Shown piece after piece: positions 27,466 through 38,445 of a DNA stretch of 64,000 bases. The stretch lies in assembly GCA_965208435.1 (NCBI GenBank), contig OZ242337.1, forward strand, positions 64,998-128,997. The letters run 5' to 3'. The DNA comes from Candidatus Aldehydirespiratoraceae bacterium. Its GTDB lineage: Bacteria > Actinomycetota > Acidimicrobiia > Acidimicrobiales > Aldehydirespiratoraceae. The translations under genes and the position numbers were made by a program. The first letter of the stretch is position 1, and each line of letters begins with the position of its first letter. The notes under the pieces were generated by a model. It ran no database searches, was not told where the DNA came from, and was given only the letters and a program-made list of their open reading frames with translations.

Positions 27466-28713
27466 TCAAACCACGACCGGCTGCGCTTTGGCCAAGACCA
27501 CAACCCCGCCCTCAGAGACCGTGTAGTGGTCCCGATCGTGTTCGAGGTCGTGTCCGAGCGTGACTCCGGGGGGCACGACCACGTTCTTGTCGAGGACCAC
27601 GCCGCGCAGGCATGCGCCTTCGCCGACCTTGACTCCGTCGAGCAGCACCGAACGCTCGACCACTGCCCCGGCGCCGACTGCAACCTCGGGTGAGAGCACC
27701 GAGTCGGTGACCTCGGCCCCAACAACGATTGCCCCGTTGCTGATGATCGAACGGCGCAGGTCGGAGGGGCCATGGTCTCCGTGATCGTCGATCTTCGCGG
27801 GAGGGAGGGTTCGACCCAGCGTGTAGATGGGCCAATCACTGTTGTACAGATTGAAGGCAGGGTCATGGCCGACCAGGTCCATGTGCGCCTCGTAGTAGCT
27901 GTCGATGGTGCCCACGTCACGCCAATAGTGAGGGAGTCCTATCTGGCCCGGAACCCGATTCTGCGTGAAGTCGTAAACCGAGGCTTCTCCCTTGGCGACC
28001 ATCATCGGGATCAGGTCTCCCCCCACGTCGTGGCCGGTCGATTCGGCTTTCTCGTTCTCGTGCAGCAGGTCGACGAGTGTTTCGGTCGTGAAGACATAGT
28101 TGCCCATCGAAGCCAGGATGCGGTGAGGGTCGTCCTGGAGTCCCTGGGTCTCGTCGAGCGGTGGCTTCTCGAGGAATTCAGCGATATCGGATCCTTCACC
28201 CAGCTTGATGACGCCGAACTGGTCTGACTGGTCACGGGGAACCCTTATCCCTGCGACTGTGACGCCGCTCCCGGAATCAATGTGGTGGTCGAGCATCTGC
28301 ACGGGGTCGATCCGGTAGATGTGGTCGGCCCCGAACACGAATACATAGTCGGGTTTCTCGTCGTCGATCAGGTTCAGGTTCTGGAACAGGGCGTCGGCTG
28401 AGCCCAAGAACCACCGCGGACCTCGACGCATCTGTGCCGGCACCGAGGTGACGTAGTTGCCCAGCACAGCACTCAGACGCCAGGTGAGCGACAGGTGGAC
28501 GTCGAGGCTGTGGCTCTTGTACTGGGTCAGCACCACGATCTTGCGGTATCCACCGTTGGCCAGGTTCGAGAGCGGGAAGTCGATCAGCCGATAGTGCCCG
28601 CCGAAGGGCACCGCCGGTTTGGCGCGGTCATGGGTGAGAGGTGCCAGTCGGTTCCCTTCCCCACCGGCCAGGATGATGCTGAGTACCTTCGGACGATGAT
28701 CGTGGAAGGGCAC
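27466..28713 (-). CDS. glgC: glucose-1-phosphate adenylyltransferase
   Basis: Contains ILAGGEGNRLAPLTHDRAKPAVPFGGHYRLIDF and a C-terminal left-handed beta-helix region. Confidence 0.9.
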   Translation of the reverse strand: MPFHDHRPKVLSIILAGGEGNRLAPLTHDRAKPAVPFGGHYRLIDFPLSNLANGGYRKIVVLTQYKSHSLDVHLSLTWRLSAVLGNYVTSVPAQMRRGPRWFLGSADALFQNLNLIDDEKPDYVFVFGADHIYRIDPVQMLDHHIDSGSGVTVAGIRVPRDQSDQFGVIKLGEGSDIAEFLEKPPLDETQGLQDDPHRILASMGNYVFTTETLVDLLHENEKAESTGHDVGGDLIPMMVAKGEASVYDFTQNRVPGQIGLPHYWRDVGTIDSYYEAHMDLVGHDPAFNLYNSDWPIYTLGRTLPPAKIDDHGDHGPSDLRRSIISNGAIVVGAEVTDSVLSPEVAVGAGAVVERSVLLDGVKVGEGACLRGVVLDKNVVVPPGVTLGHDLEHDRDHYTVSEGGVVVLAKAQPVVV

Positions 28714-28717
28714 GGGT

Positions 28718-30601
28718 CTACTCCTGTGTTCGGGATTCTGAGTGGTTGAAGACGAGGACGCTGATGGCGAGCGGGCCGAGGGTCACCTCGACCGACTGGT
28801 CGTGGCCATGGCTCGGCAGCGGATCGGTCGAGCGGTCGTTATTGGTCACACCACTGCCGCCGTAGGCAACCGAGTCGGAATCGAGCACAGCGCTCCAGGA
28901 ACCGGCGAGGGGCACACCGACGCGGTAGTTGTGGTGCGGAACTGGTGTGAAGTTGCCGACCACGAGGACCGGCTGAGCGTCCGGGGCGCTGCGCAGGAAG
29001 GCGAACACGCTGTTGGAAGCATCGTCACCGATGATCCAGGCGAACCCGTCATCTCGGCAATCACCGCGGTACAGGGCCGGATGCGAGCGGTAGAACCCGT
29101 TCAGAGCGGACACAAAATCCTTCAGCTGCGCTTTGGCGGGGTCAGCGAGACTGGCCCAGTCCAGTTCCGACTCGTGGTTCCACTCCTGCGTAACCCCGAA
29201 CTCGGATCCCATGAACAGCAGCTTCTTGCCTGGAACCGTCCACTGATAGCCCAGCAGGAGCCTGAGGTTGGCGCGCTTCTGCCATTCGTCGCCCGGCATC
29301 TTTGCCAGCAACGATCCCTTTCCGTGCACGACTTCGTCGTGGGAGAGCGGCACCAGGAAGTTCTCCGAGAACTGGTACACCGTTCGGAACGTCAGTTCAC
29401 CGTGGTGATGGCGACGATGGACCGGTTCGCGGCCGAAGTACTCGAGAGTGTCGTGCATCCAACCCATGTCCCACTTGTAGCCGAACCCGAGCCCGCCCGC
29501 GTCGACCGGGGCAGTGACCCCGCTCCATGCCGTGGACTCCTCGGCGATCACCTGAATCCCGGGATGCTCCTGGTACAGCGAACGGTTGAGTTTCTGCAGG
29601 AAGCTAACCGCCCCGAGGTTCTCGTTTCCTCCGTGTTCGTTGGGGATCCACTCCCCCTCCGCGCGTGAATAGTCGCGGTACAGCATGGAGGCGACGGCGT
29701 CGACCCGGATTGCGTCAACGTGATACTGCTTCACCCAGAAGTGGGCACTTGAGAGCAGGAAGCTGCGGACTTCGTTGCGGTCGTAGTTGAAGATGCAACT
29801 GTTCCAGTCCGGATGGAACCCCATACGCGGGTCTGCGTGCTCGTACAGATGCGTGCCGTCGAAGGTGCCCAGACCGTGGGCGTCGGTCGGAAAGTGCGAC
29901 GGCACCCAGTCGAGTATCACCCCGATTCCAGCTTGGTGGAGCAGATCGATCATGGCCATGAAATCGACAGGGTTGCCGTAGCGGGCCGTGGGCGCGAAGT
30001 AACCCGTCGTCTGATATCCCCACGATCCATAGAACGGGTGCTCGGTCACCGGCAGCAGTTCGACATGGGTGAATCCCGTCTCTGCGATGTAGCCGATCAA
30101 CTGCTTGGCGATGGCGCGGTAGCCGCCGGGTTCGTAGCGCCAGGAACCGAGATGCAGTTCGTAGACCGAAACCGCTGCATCGAAGTCCAGGCGGGATCCG
30201 CGCCCGGCCATCCAGTCGTCATCTCCCCACTCGTAGTCAAGGTCGGTGATGATTGACGCAGTCCGCGGAGGTTCCTCGAACGCGAAGCCGTACGGGTCTG
30301 CCTTGTCGAAGGCGCTGCCCTCTGCGGGCTGTATCCGGTACTTGTAGCGCTGAAGGGGCTCCACCGCGAACGCCGCGCGCCACACGCCGGAGGGATCGGG
30401 GTCGAGTGCGAAGTCGCTGTCGGTCCGCCAGTCGTTGAAATCACCGATGACGTGCACGGACCGAGCGCCTGGGGCCCAGACGCGGAACGAGACTGCTTCG
30501 CCGGCGCGATGGGCGCCGAGTACTTCATAGGCGGCGATGTGGGTTCCCCCGTTGAACGACCAGGCATCGTCAGAGGTGAATTCTCGACCGAGCCCGCTCA
30601 T
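28718..30601 (-). CDS. glgB: 1,4-alpha-glucan branching enzyme
   Basis: GH13 blocks [26 protein letters not shown] and [10 protein letters not shown]. Confidence 0.9.
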   Translation of the reverse strand: MSGLGREFTSDDAWSFNGGTHIAAYEVLGAHRAGEAVSFRVWAPGARSVHVIGDFNDWRTDSDFALDPDPSGVWRAAFAVEPLQRYKYRIQPAEGSAFDKADPYGFAFEEPPRTASIITDLDYEWGDDDWMAGRGSRLDFDAAVSVYELHLGSWRYEPGGYRAIAKQLIGYIAETGFTHVELLPVTEHPFYGSWGYQTTGYFAPTARYGNPVDFMAMIDLLHQAGIGVILDWVPSHFPTDAHGLGTFDGTHLYEHADPRMGFHPDWNSCIFNYDRNEVRSFLLSSAHFWVKQYHVDAIRVDAVASMLYRDYSRAEGEWIPNEHGGNENLGAVSFLQKLNRSLYQEHPGIQVIAEESTAWSGVTAPVDAGGLGFGYKWDMGWMHDTLEYFGREPVHRRHHHGELTFRTVYQFSENFLVPLSHDEVVHGKGSLLAKMPGDEWQKRANLRLLLGYQWTVPGKKLLFMGSEFGVTQEWNHESELDWASLADPAKAQLKDFVSALNGFYRSHPALYRGDCRDDGFAWIIGDDASNSVFAFLRSAPDAQPVLVVGNFTPVPHHNYRVGVPLAGSWSAVLDSDSVAYGGSGVTNNDRSTDPLPSHGHDQSVEVTLGPLAISVLVFNHSESRTQE

Positions 30602-30731
30602 CGTCCCGGCTCCAGAAACCGGCTCGAAGTTGGGCTTTTCGGGTTCGAGTCGGTTCTGTCGGTCAGGGACATCACAGGCGAAGATAACATGCCTCGGTTG
30701 TCGTCTACGCTCCGGCTCGGGGGAACTTCAG

Positions 30732-31880
30732 ATGAAGATCGCTGTATTGACTGGTGGAGGGGATGTCCCTGGATTGAATCCCTGCCTCAAGACTGCGGTC
30801 AACCGGATCTGTGACGCCGGATCGGAGGTGGTCGGGATCCGCCGCGGCTGGGGCGGCCTGCTCAACGCAGATCCCAACGACGCAGCGTCGCTCGCGGCCA
30901 ACACCGTGTCCTTGACGCCCGGCGTGGTCCGCAAGATTGATCGCACCGGCGGCACGTTCCTGCACACTTCACGCAGCAACCCGGGACGTGTTCCGAACGC
31001 CGACGTTCCACCGTTCCTCCGCTCAGAATACAGCGGCGAGGGACCCCACGACCTGACGCCGAACGCGATCGCGGTGCTGGATGCGCTCGGCGTAGACGCT
31101 CTGATCGCGATCGGGGGTGACGACACTCTGTCGTACGCCTTGAGGATGCACAACGAGGGCGTGCCGGTCATCGCGATTCCCAAGACGATGGACAACGACG
31201 TGCACGGAACCGACTACTGCATCGGTTTCTCCACCGCGATCAGCCGAGGTGTCGAGTTCATCCACAATCTGCGAACCAGCACCGGCTCCCACGAACGTAT
31301 CGCTCTGGTCGAGCTTTTTGGTCGCTACTCGGGTGAGACTTCCCTGATCACCGCTTATCTCGCCGGTGTCGACCGCGCGCTGATCTCCGAGGTCCCCTTC
31401 GACATCGACAGGCTTGCCGAACTGGTGATGAAGGACAAGGCGGCAAACCCCTCGAACTATGCGATGATCACGATTTCTGAAGGCGCCTCCATGCAGGGCG
31501 GTGAGGTGCACCTTTCGGGCGAGGCCGACGCCTATGGACATCGCAAACTCGGAGGGATCGGCGCGACGACCGGCGCTCTGCTGACAGAGCGCACCGGTGA
31601 GGGCATCATTCTGCAGGAGGTCGCCTATCTGATGCGCTCGGGACGCCCGGACAGCCTCGACCTGATGGTCGCGTCCAACTACGCGGTGATGGCCTCGAAC
31701 CTGGCTCTTGAGGGCGCCTCTGGACGGATGGTCGGTCTTCAGAACGGGATCTACACCAATGTCGACGTGTCAGTCACCGGTGAGGGCGCCAGACGTGTCG
31801 ACGTCGACGAGCTCTACGACGCCGAGCAGTACCGCCCGCTGCTCCGCCAAGTCGCCGGCAAGCCCATGTTCCTGTACTGA
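30732..31880 (+). CDS. pfp: 6-phosphofructokinase, predicted pyrophosphate-dependent
   Basis: N-terminus [21 protein letters not shown] (Asp at the E. coli G104 position) and PKTMDNDV (Lys at the G124 position) are the residues associated with PPi rather than ATP use. ATG at 30732 with a GGGGGAA RBS. Confidence 0.8.
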   Translation: MKIAVLTGGGDVPGLNPCLKTAVNRICDAGSEVVGIRRGWGGLLNADPNDAASLAANTVSLTPGVVRKIDRTGGTFLHTSRSNPGRVPNADVPPFLRSEYSGEGPHDLTPNAIAVLDALGVDALIAIGGDDTLSYALRMHNEGVPVIAIPKTMDNDVHGTDYCIGFSTAISRGVEFIHNLRTSTGSHERIALVELFGRYSGETSLITAYLAGVDRALISEVPFDIDRLAELVMKDKAANPSNYAMITISEGASMQGGEVHLSGEADAYGHRKLGGIGATTGALLTERTGEGIILQEVAYLMRSGRPDSLDLMVASNYAVMASNLALEGASGRMVGLQNGIYTNVDVSVTGEGARRVDVDELYDAEQYRPLLRQVAGKPMFLY

Positions 31881-31906
31881 CAACAGATACAGCGCGCCGG
31901 CGAGTA

Positions 31907-32932
31907 TCAGCCGAAGCCCGCGTTGGCGAAGAACTGGCGCCAGAGTTCGCTTCGGTCGTCTGTTGTTGCGGGGAGCAGCGGAACCTCGACGTCTTCGTCA
32001 GCCTCGTAGACGGTGCGGGTCTCCAGGATGTGCACGGCTCCGTCGATCTCGTCGAGCGCCTCCTGGCGTTCGCTCTCCGGGACTGCGGGGAGCAGGCCCT
32101 CTGTCTCGAACATGGCTCTGTACAGATTCGACAGGTCTGCGCGGGTTGACAGGACATGCAGCAGGCCGCGTTCGTCTAGTTCGATAGTCACCTCGACTTC
32201 GGTGGAGTCGTAGAAGTCGACGTAGAACCTGGTCAGCGCGTCGACGGGCATCGCGGAGTTCAGAGAGAGCCCCGCTGCGGTGCTGCGGGATATCACTTCG
32301 ATGTCCTGACCCTGCGCCTCGGTCAGGTCGGTGAACGTGACCGCGCCCGTATAGGTCGGCGGGTCTGAGGAGGTCTGCTCGACACTGATGAGCGCTGAGG
32401 GCAGCTTCTCGGCGAGCAGCTTCAAGTCTGGGAGGGAGGAACCGCCGAAAGCGGCCAGCATCTCGGGGCCCTCCGCGGAAAGGTCGGACAGGTCGATGAA
32501 GGAGATCCCGGGTTCGAACGGTCCGAGTTGAGCACCGGGACTCCCGTCCAGCAGCTGCTCGTAGTCGCGTGTGTCGATGACGAGACGCTCATCGTCGATC
32601 CACATCTCCAACTTCAGGTCGAGTTCTTCACCGACCATGGGGCCCAGCAGTTCTCCCAAGTCCATAACGAAGTGTTGGCGTGCGGCGCTGACCTCGCCGA
32701 CCATGGTCGGTGCTTGTTGATCGATGTCTTGTGCGGTCTCCACACCACCGAAAGGAAGGCTGATCGTTTGAGCGGCTGACAGCGACACTCGATACGTCGA
32801 CACTTCGGCGGTCTCAGCGAGCGCCGCGCCCAACTCGTCGACGGTGGTGACCGTGCTCTCGGGGTCCGCCTTGCCACAACCGAGCATTAACAACGCCACA
32901 ACCAGCAACAACACCACACGGCTCTTGGACAT
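31907..32932 (-). CDS. putative lipoprotein, function unknown
   Basis: Signal peptide MSKSRVVLLLVVALLMLGC with a lipobox-like LGC. The mature part is acidic. Confidence 0.6.
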   Translation of the reverse strand: MSKSRVVLLLVVALLMLGCGKADPESTVTTVDELGAALAETAEVSTYRVSLSAAQTISLPFGGVETAQDIDQQAPTMVGEVSAARQHFVMDLGELLGPMVGEELDLKLEMWIDDERLVIDTRDYEQLLDGSPGAQLGPFEPGISFIDLSDLSAEGPEMLAAFGGSSLPDLKLLAEKLPSALISVEQTSSDPPTYTGAVTFTDLTEAQGQDIEVISRSTAAGLSLNSAMPVDALTRFYVDFYDSTEVEVTIELDERGLLHVLSTRADLSNLYRAMFETEGLLPAVPESERQEALDEIDGAVHILETRTVYEADEDVEVPLLPATTDDRSELWRQFFANAGFG

Positions 32933-33224
32933 AATCAACCCTACCAATCCTTGGACAGGTCGGCCGCTGTGCTGGTGCTTGGCACGACACCGGCTTCGAA
33001 GACTGAATCAACACCTGCGCTTCATGAGGAAGTCGGTTTGAGCACGCAAGTTGCCGGTCCGCGAACGGCGTTGGTCTGGACGTAGGCGACCTCGTCGGGA
33101 TCAACCTCAAAGTGCGGGAAGCGCGCCAGCATCTCCTGGAGACCGACCGGGATGATCGCAAGGCTCGCAGTCATGGCCCATGCCGACGCCTGGTCCATGT
33201 GGGTGGCATGTCGCCGCCCAAGGA

Positions 33225-33647
33225 CCTGGAGATGGTGAAACCCATCGAGCGGATCCTGCACAGTGGTCTGTTCGGGCCTTGGGAGCAGCCGCCGGGCATC
33301 GACCTCTCCGAGTTGCCGCCGGGGCTCAACCCGGCTCGTCACCGGGCCTGGGGAGCCGACACCTTCCAGGTCTTTCCCAACTACGTCATCCTCGTCTGGG
33401 AACGCGGCTGGTACCTGACTACCACTACTGGCCGCTCGCCTACGACAAGCACCTCTTCGAGGGCGCCTCTACTTCGCGCCGCATACAACGCCACGGACCG
33501 CCACTGAGTTCCCTCTCTGTGATCAGGAGATTCTGCCCCGAAACCTGCAATGTTCAACGCTTACAGCATGATCGTCGGTGGCGACCCCGAGGCTCACGAG
33601 GCCAGCGCTGAGGAGATGTGGGAATTCATCCTCGGTGGCATCGCATC
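33225..33647 (+). pseudogene. remnant of an aromatic-ring-hydroxylating oxygenase alpha-subunit C-terminal domain (multiple frameshifts)
   Basis: Reads FQVFPNYVILVWERGWYLT | YHYWPLAYDKHLFEG | LYFAPH..EFPLCDQEILPRNLQ | MFNAYSMIVGG... across three frames. No Rieske N-terminus is present. Confidence 0.4.
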
Positions 33648-33777
33648 CAGCCGTTAGAGGCCGAGCGGATTGATCACGGCCGCGACCGAACGAGGCCGTG
33701 GCCCGAACGGCCCGTGAGCGCAGCAAACAAGAGTATCGTCGTGGGAGAACGTCATTCTCACACACTTGGGAGTTCGC

Positions 33778-33905
33778 ATGGCCGGTTCTGCGCCGCTTGA
33801 GTACCCCGTTGGACAGAGCACCCAGTCGAGTCTCGCAGCAGCGTCCGACCGGGATCCGAGCGCAGCGGCCATCCGTTTCCTCGACGGGTCGCTCTCCTAC
33901 GGAGA
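33778..33905 (+). pseudogene. N-terminal fragment of an AMP-dependent synthetase/ligase
   Basis: AAASDRDPSAAAIRFLDGSLSYGEVERI resembles the canonical start of acyl-CoA ligases. Similarity stops before the convergent ABC permease stop. Confidence 0.3.
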
Positions 33906-33955
33906 GGTCGAGCGAATAGGCGGGACACACGGTTCGCCGATGAGCAGGCCGATCG

Positions 33956-36472
33956 TCACTGGGAGGAGATTGCGTCGAGCACCTCGAGCCGTCCTGCGCG
34001 GCGCGCGGGCAGGACGCCGGCCAACAATCCGGCGAGTACGCCGGCGACGGCGATGGCAATCAGCGTGAACCAGGGGATGGTGAAGTCGGAGTAGCCGAGG
34101 CCGAGCGCGTCGAAGGCGACCCAACCGAAGAACACGCCCATGCCGAGACCGACCATGGTGCCGATGAGGGCGATGATCGCCGACTCGTAACGAACCGTTT
34201 GGCGAAGCTGTCGGCTGGTCATGCCCACGGCACGCAGCAGTCCCAGCTCACGGGTCCGTTCGTGGATCGACAGTGACATCGTGTTCACGATGCCGATCAA
34301 GGCGACGACCACCGACATGCCGAGCAGCGCGTAGAGCAGAGTGAGCAGGTCGTCCAATTGCCCGGCCTGGTCGTCGATGAACTCCTTGCGGCTGCTGACG
34401 CTGGCTGTCGGGTCACCCGCCAGCGCCTGGTCGATCTGGTCTAGAAGAGCCCCGTCGGCGTTCTCGGCCCGGACAAGGATGCGATTGTCGAGGCTGCGGC
34501 CCAGGCTGGCGTCGAGTACCGCGTTGTCCACGAGCCAACCCTGAACGAGCTGGTACGCCCCATCGTAGATTCCGACGACGGTGAGGGTGGCGGCCTGCTG
34601 CTGGAAGCGAACGTCGACCCGGTCACCCAGCGAGAGGCCCGACTCCTCAGCGGTGTCGAGTCGGATTGCCACCTCGTCGGCGCCCAGGCCGGAAACAGTT
34701 CCTTCGACAAGGCCGAGGTCGGCCACGGCATCGAGACCTTCGGTGGAGGCACCGGTGACTGCCGCGTAGGAGCCGCCGACCTCAGCGAAGGCCTCGCGTG
34801 TTGACACCGCCGCGTTCACACTTGCAAAGCCCGCTATCTCCGACGCCACGGTCGGGTCCAACCCGCCGCCGGCTTGGGTTATCTCTTGGCTGATCAGCAC
34901 CACGTAGTCAGCACGCAGTTCCTCCTCGAGGTCGCCGGCGATCAGGCTGCTCAGCGTGGCGGCGAAGACCGTGGCGGTGACGACGAGCGCAACACCGATC
35001 ATCAGGGTCAGCGAGGTTGTGGCGCTGCGCTTGGGGTTGCGTGAAGCATTCTCGCGGGCCAGTTCGCCGGTGATCGAGCCATTCCGTACCACGGGTATGG
35101 CCAGGAGCCTGCTGAGGGGTTGCACAATCGACGGTCCGAGCACCACCACGGCCACCACCACCAGCGGGAGCCCCGCGGCCAGACCCCAGGTGTTGCCCCC
35201 GCCTGCGGCCCAGAAGGTGACGGTCAGTCCCGCGGCCAGCGTAACCAGACCGCTGCCGACACGGACACGGCCCGCCGTGCCGGACTCGACCGCCGCCTCC
35301 CTCAGCGCCTCGATCGGGTCGACCCTGGCGCCCCGCCGAGCAGGGAAGTAGGCGGCAGCCACGGTGATCACCGTGCCGAGCGCCACACCCATCGCCAGCG
35401 CAGCCTCCGGGATGGCCAGACTCATCTCAAGGTCTCCCAGGAAGGAACTGAGCAGTTGGAGCAGACCCCAGCCGATCCCGACTCCGAGGATCGCACCGAC
35501 CGCCGAGGCGACCGCTCCGATCAGCACCGATTCCGCCATCACGCTGACCGAAACCTGCCGTCCGGAGGCTCCGATGGCCCTCAACAGCGCCATCTCGCGG
35601 GTGCGCTGGGCGACGGTGATGGTGAACGTGTTGTAGATCACGAAAGCACCGACAAGGAGTGCGACTCCAGCGAAGACCTGGAGCGCTATCTCGATGATTC
35701 GGGCGAATGTGCCGATGAGTTCTTGGAATTCGTCGGTGAGGGTCTCGCCGGTTACAGCCTCGAGGTCGTGCCCGAGATGCTCATTGAGCCGCTCGACGAG
35801 AGTCTCGGGCGTCACGTCCTCGGCTGCGACGACGAACACCTGGTCCACATCGGTGCTGCCGAACACTCTCCCAGCGCCCTCGAAGCTGAAGGCGAGAACC
35901 TGGCTGGGGAAGCTGCCGCTCTCATCGGTGATGGTCCCCACCACAGTGAATCTCACCTCTTCCGGCAGTGGCAGGACCCGGACCGTGTCGCCCAGGGCGA
36001 AGCCGCCCTCTTTGAAGGTGTCTTCGTCGACCACCACCTCATCGGGGGCCTCGGGGGCTCGGCCGTCGACGACTGTGAACGGGTTGGCCTCGGGGTCGTC
36101 GATCCAGCCCAAGCCCTGCGCGTCGGCGCCCGCGCCTCCGACAGTCTTGCCGTCGGAGGTCACTATCTGGGCGTAGCCGGCGAGGTAGGGAAAGGCCCCG
36201 TCGACGCCGTCGACGACGGCAATGTCTTCGGCTACCGAGGGCGCAATACGCTCGCGGATGTCGAAGAACGGGGTTTCGATTATGTTGGCCGAACGCACTG
36301 CGGCGTCCACATCCTCAAAAGCCTCGGCGATCGATTCGTTGAGTGAGTCCTCGAAGGATGTAGTCAGCACTGACGTGGCCGTGAAGAAGGCGATGCCCAA
36401 GACAATGGCCAGCGCCGTAGCGACGTAGCGGAACGGGTTGTTGGCGATCCCTCGGATTGCGATGGTGAACAT
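33956..36472 (-). CDS. ABC transporter permease, MacB/FtsX-type with two permease domains
   Basis: 838 aa with duplicated FtsX-like 4-TM modules separated by large extracytoplasmic domains. Confidence 0.85.
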   Translation of the reverse strand: MFTIAIRGIANNPFRYVATALAIVLGIAFFTATSVLTTSFEDSLNESIAEAFEDVDAAVRSANIIETPFFDIRERIAPSVAEDIAVVDGVDGAFPYLAGYAQIVTSDGKTVGGAGADAQGLGWIDDPEANPFTVVDGRAPEAPDEVVVDEDTFKEGGFALGDTVRVLPLPEEVRFTVVGTITDESGSFPSQVLAFSFEGAGRVFGSTDVDQVFVVAAEDVTPETLVERLNEHLGHDLEAVTGETLTDEFQELIGTFARIIEIALQVFAGVALLVGAFVIYNTFTITVAQRTREMALLRAIGASGRQVSVSVMAESVLIGAVASAVGAILGVGIGWGLLQLLSSFLGDLEMSLAIPEAALAMGVALGTVITVAAAYFPARRGARVDPIEALREAAVESGTAGRVRVGSGLVTLAAGLTVTFWAAGGGNTWGLAAGLPLVVVAVVVLGPSIVQPLSRLLAIPVVRNGSITGELARENASRNPKRSATTSLTLMIGVALVVTATVFAATLSSLIAGDLEEELRADYVVLISQEITQAGGGLDPTVASEIAGFASVNAAVSTREAFAEVGGSYAAVTGASTEGLDAVADLGLVEGTVSGLGADEVAIRLDTAEESGLSLGDRVDVRFQQQAATLTVVGIYDGAYQLVQGWLVDNAVLDASLGRSLDNRILVRAENADGALLDQIDQALAGDPTASVSSRKEFIDDQAGQLDDLLTLLYALLGMSVVVALIGIVNTMSLSIHERTRELGLLRAVGMTSRQLRQTVRYESAIIALIGTMVGLGMGVFFGWVAFDALGLGYSDFTIPWFTLIAIAVAGVLAGLLAGVLPARRAGRLEVLDAISSQ

Positions 36473-36478
36473 CCGCGA

Positions 36479-37300
36479 TCAGTTCCCCAGCGTCTTCATG
36501 TGGTCGAGGACGGATTCGCTGGTGGGATCAAACATCTCGTTGACGATCTGTCCGTCCACCAGGAACACCACCCTGTCCGCGTAGGAGGCAGCGTTGGGGT
36601 CGTGCGTGACCATCACGATCGTCTGGGCCAGGTCGTCGACCGCTTTGCGCATGAAGGCCAGAATTTCGTTGCTCGTGGTGCTGTCGAGGTTGCCAGTCGG
36701 TTCATCGGCAAAGATCAGCCTCGGTCTCGACGCTAGGGCCCGAGACACAGCGACACGCTGCTGCTGGCCGCCTGACAGCTCGTTTGGCCGATGGTCCATG
36801 CGATGACTCAACCCGACCGTGGAGACCACCTCTTCGAGCCAGGTCTCGTCGGGTTCCCGACGCGCCAGCCGCTGGGGCAGGACGATGTTCTCGCGGGCGC
36901 TCAGTGTGGGCACGAGGTTGAACGCCTGGAAGATGAATCCGAGCTTGTCGCGCCGCAATACGGTGCGCTCGCGGTCGGACATGGCGCTGACATCGTCTCC
37001 GTCGATGAACACGTTCCCTGCGGTGAGCGTGTCCAGCCCAGCCATGCAGTGCATCAGCGTTGACTTGCCGGACCCGGACGGTCCCATGATCGCGGTGAAC
37101 TCACCGGTACTGAAGGTTATGTCCACGCCGTCGAGCGCTCTGACCTCGGACGCACCGCTGCCGTAGTGCTTGGCCGCACCCCGGGCGTAGGCAGCGGGCG
37201 GAGCGCCACGGCCGTCGGGATCGTCTGGCGAGGTCATGGTTGTTGAGTGTTGCTCAGGCATTCGCAGGACTGTAGTATATTTTAGCCAGAAGCTAAGCAT
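36479..37300 (-). CDS. ABC transporter ATP-binding protein (MacB/LolD-like)
   Basis: Walker [10 protein letters not shown], signature [10 protein letters not shown], Walker [13 protein letters not shown]. The true start may be an internal ATG (37261 or 37237). Confidence 0.85.
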   Translation of the reverse strand: MLSFWLKYTTVLRMPEQHSTTMTSPDDPDGRGAPPAAYARGAAKHYGSGASEVRALDGVDITFSTGEFTAIMGPSGSGKSTLMHCMAGLDTLTAGNVFIDGDDVSAMSDRERTVLRRDKLGFIFQAFNLVPTLSARENIVLPQRLARREPDETWLEEVVSTVGLSHRMDHRPNELSGGQQQRVAVSRALASRPRLIFADEPTGNLDSTTSNEILAFMRKAVDDLAQTIVMVTHDPNAASYADRVVFLVDGQIVNEMFDPTSESVLDHMKTLGN

Positions 37301-37390
37301 CCCATTAAATTCTCTCGTCGCTCAGCCTCGACAGGTCGACTCCGGAGATCTCAGTGCCGATCACACCCGCGATCGGTCTGACGGTGATCG

Positions 37391-38368
37391 TCATTGCAAC
37401 GGGGGATCATCGACTTGGGAAGGATCAGCGGCCTGGAGTTCGTAGAGAGAGCTGGTGCCGTCGATGCGCGGCACGATGGGCGACGGTCCGGCGAAACGCG
37501 CGTGGTGCGCCCGTCGGCCGCGAACCGGACGCGCGGCGGCCTCGTCGGCGACGGTCACCGCTCCGTAATAGAGCGGATAAGCGTCACCGGCCCGGTAAGC
37601 GAAGATAAGGGTCCGACGCGAGCGGTCCGACTCGTTGGGCAACGACGCATGAGGGGTCAGACCGTGTATGAAGATGGCACTTCCTGCGACTGCGGGTAGC
37701 GGTCGTGCTTGCATCTCTGAAATTGAGGGATCGACGATCCGACCGGCGAACACTCCACCAGGCGGGGTGTGATCGAGGTAGCGGTGATGCTGACGAGGCA
37801 TCACCTGTACACATCCGTTCTCCTCGCCGGCGTCATCAAGGTAGATCAACACTGCCAGAACTCCGTCGTTGGTGTGCGGGTAATAGCCCAAGTCTTGGTG
37901 CCAGCCGACCGGCGATCCGACACGTGCCGGTTTCCAGTTGAGTTTGCTGTGCTGCAGATCAATGTCGGGTCCAAGCAGTGATTCGACCCGGTCCACAACC
38001 CGGGCATCGTGGGCGACCGCGCGAAATGCCTCGTGCCGCGCGTATGGATCGATGACACGACGCACCGAGGGGCTTGCGGTGCTGTCCGCAGGCTCGAACT
38101 CGATGTAGCTGCCGTCGTTCACAATCCGGCCGACGTCCTCTCGGCTTGCGCTGCTGTCCGCAGGCTCGAACTCGATGTAGCCCTTGGTTCCCCCATCGGC
38201 GAGAGCAGCGTCGCACACCTCCGCAAGGGCACTGTCAATCTCGGCCAGCATTTCGGCGTCGAGCACGCCCTCGACGACCAGCCAACCCTCCCGGTGATAC
38301 TGCTCGATTTCATCCTCGCTGAGCGACCAAGTCTGACCCATAGTCCTCCTTGTGGTGTTCGCACTCAC
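37391..38368 (-). CDS. PhyH-family Fe(II)/2-oxoglutarate dioxygenase (paralogue 1)
   Basis: HxD in GWHQDLGYYP and a distal His in IFIHGLTPHAS. Carries a 39-bp internal direct repeat. Confidence 0.75.
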   Translation of the reverse strand: MSANTTRRTMGQTWSLSEDEIEQYHREGWLVVEGVLDAEMLAEIDSALAEVCDAALADGGTKGYIEFEPADSSASREDVGRIVNDGSYIEFEPADSTASPSVRRVIDPYARHEAFRAVAHDARVVDRVESLLGPDIDLQHSKLNWKPARVGSPVGWHQDLGYYPHTNDGVLAVLIYLDDAGEENGCVQVMPRQHHRYLDHTPPGGVFAGRIVDPSISEMQARPLPAVAGSAIFIHGLTPHASLPNESDRSRRTLIFAYRAGDAYPLYYGAVTVADEAAARPVRGRRAHHARFAGPSPIVPRIDGTSSLYELQAADPSQVDDPPLQ

Positions 38369-38445
38369 GAACTTGACTTCACACTTCTGAATACTAGTTT
38401 GATTGGAGCTTCCGAAACTTCTGCCGGGAAAGCGAGTCTCTCACC

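Noticed and set aside
33025-33342. Minus-strand ORF with a cytochrome-P450-like C-terminal tail (…LQEMLARFPHFEV…RGP…)
   Set aside because: No FxxGxxxCxG heme-binding loop can be read upstream. The upstream part overlaps the better-supported plus-strand oxygenase remnant. I keep it only as a possible ~35-aa relic, not as a feature.
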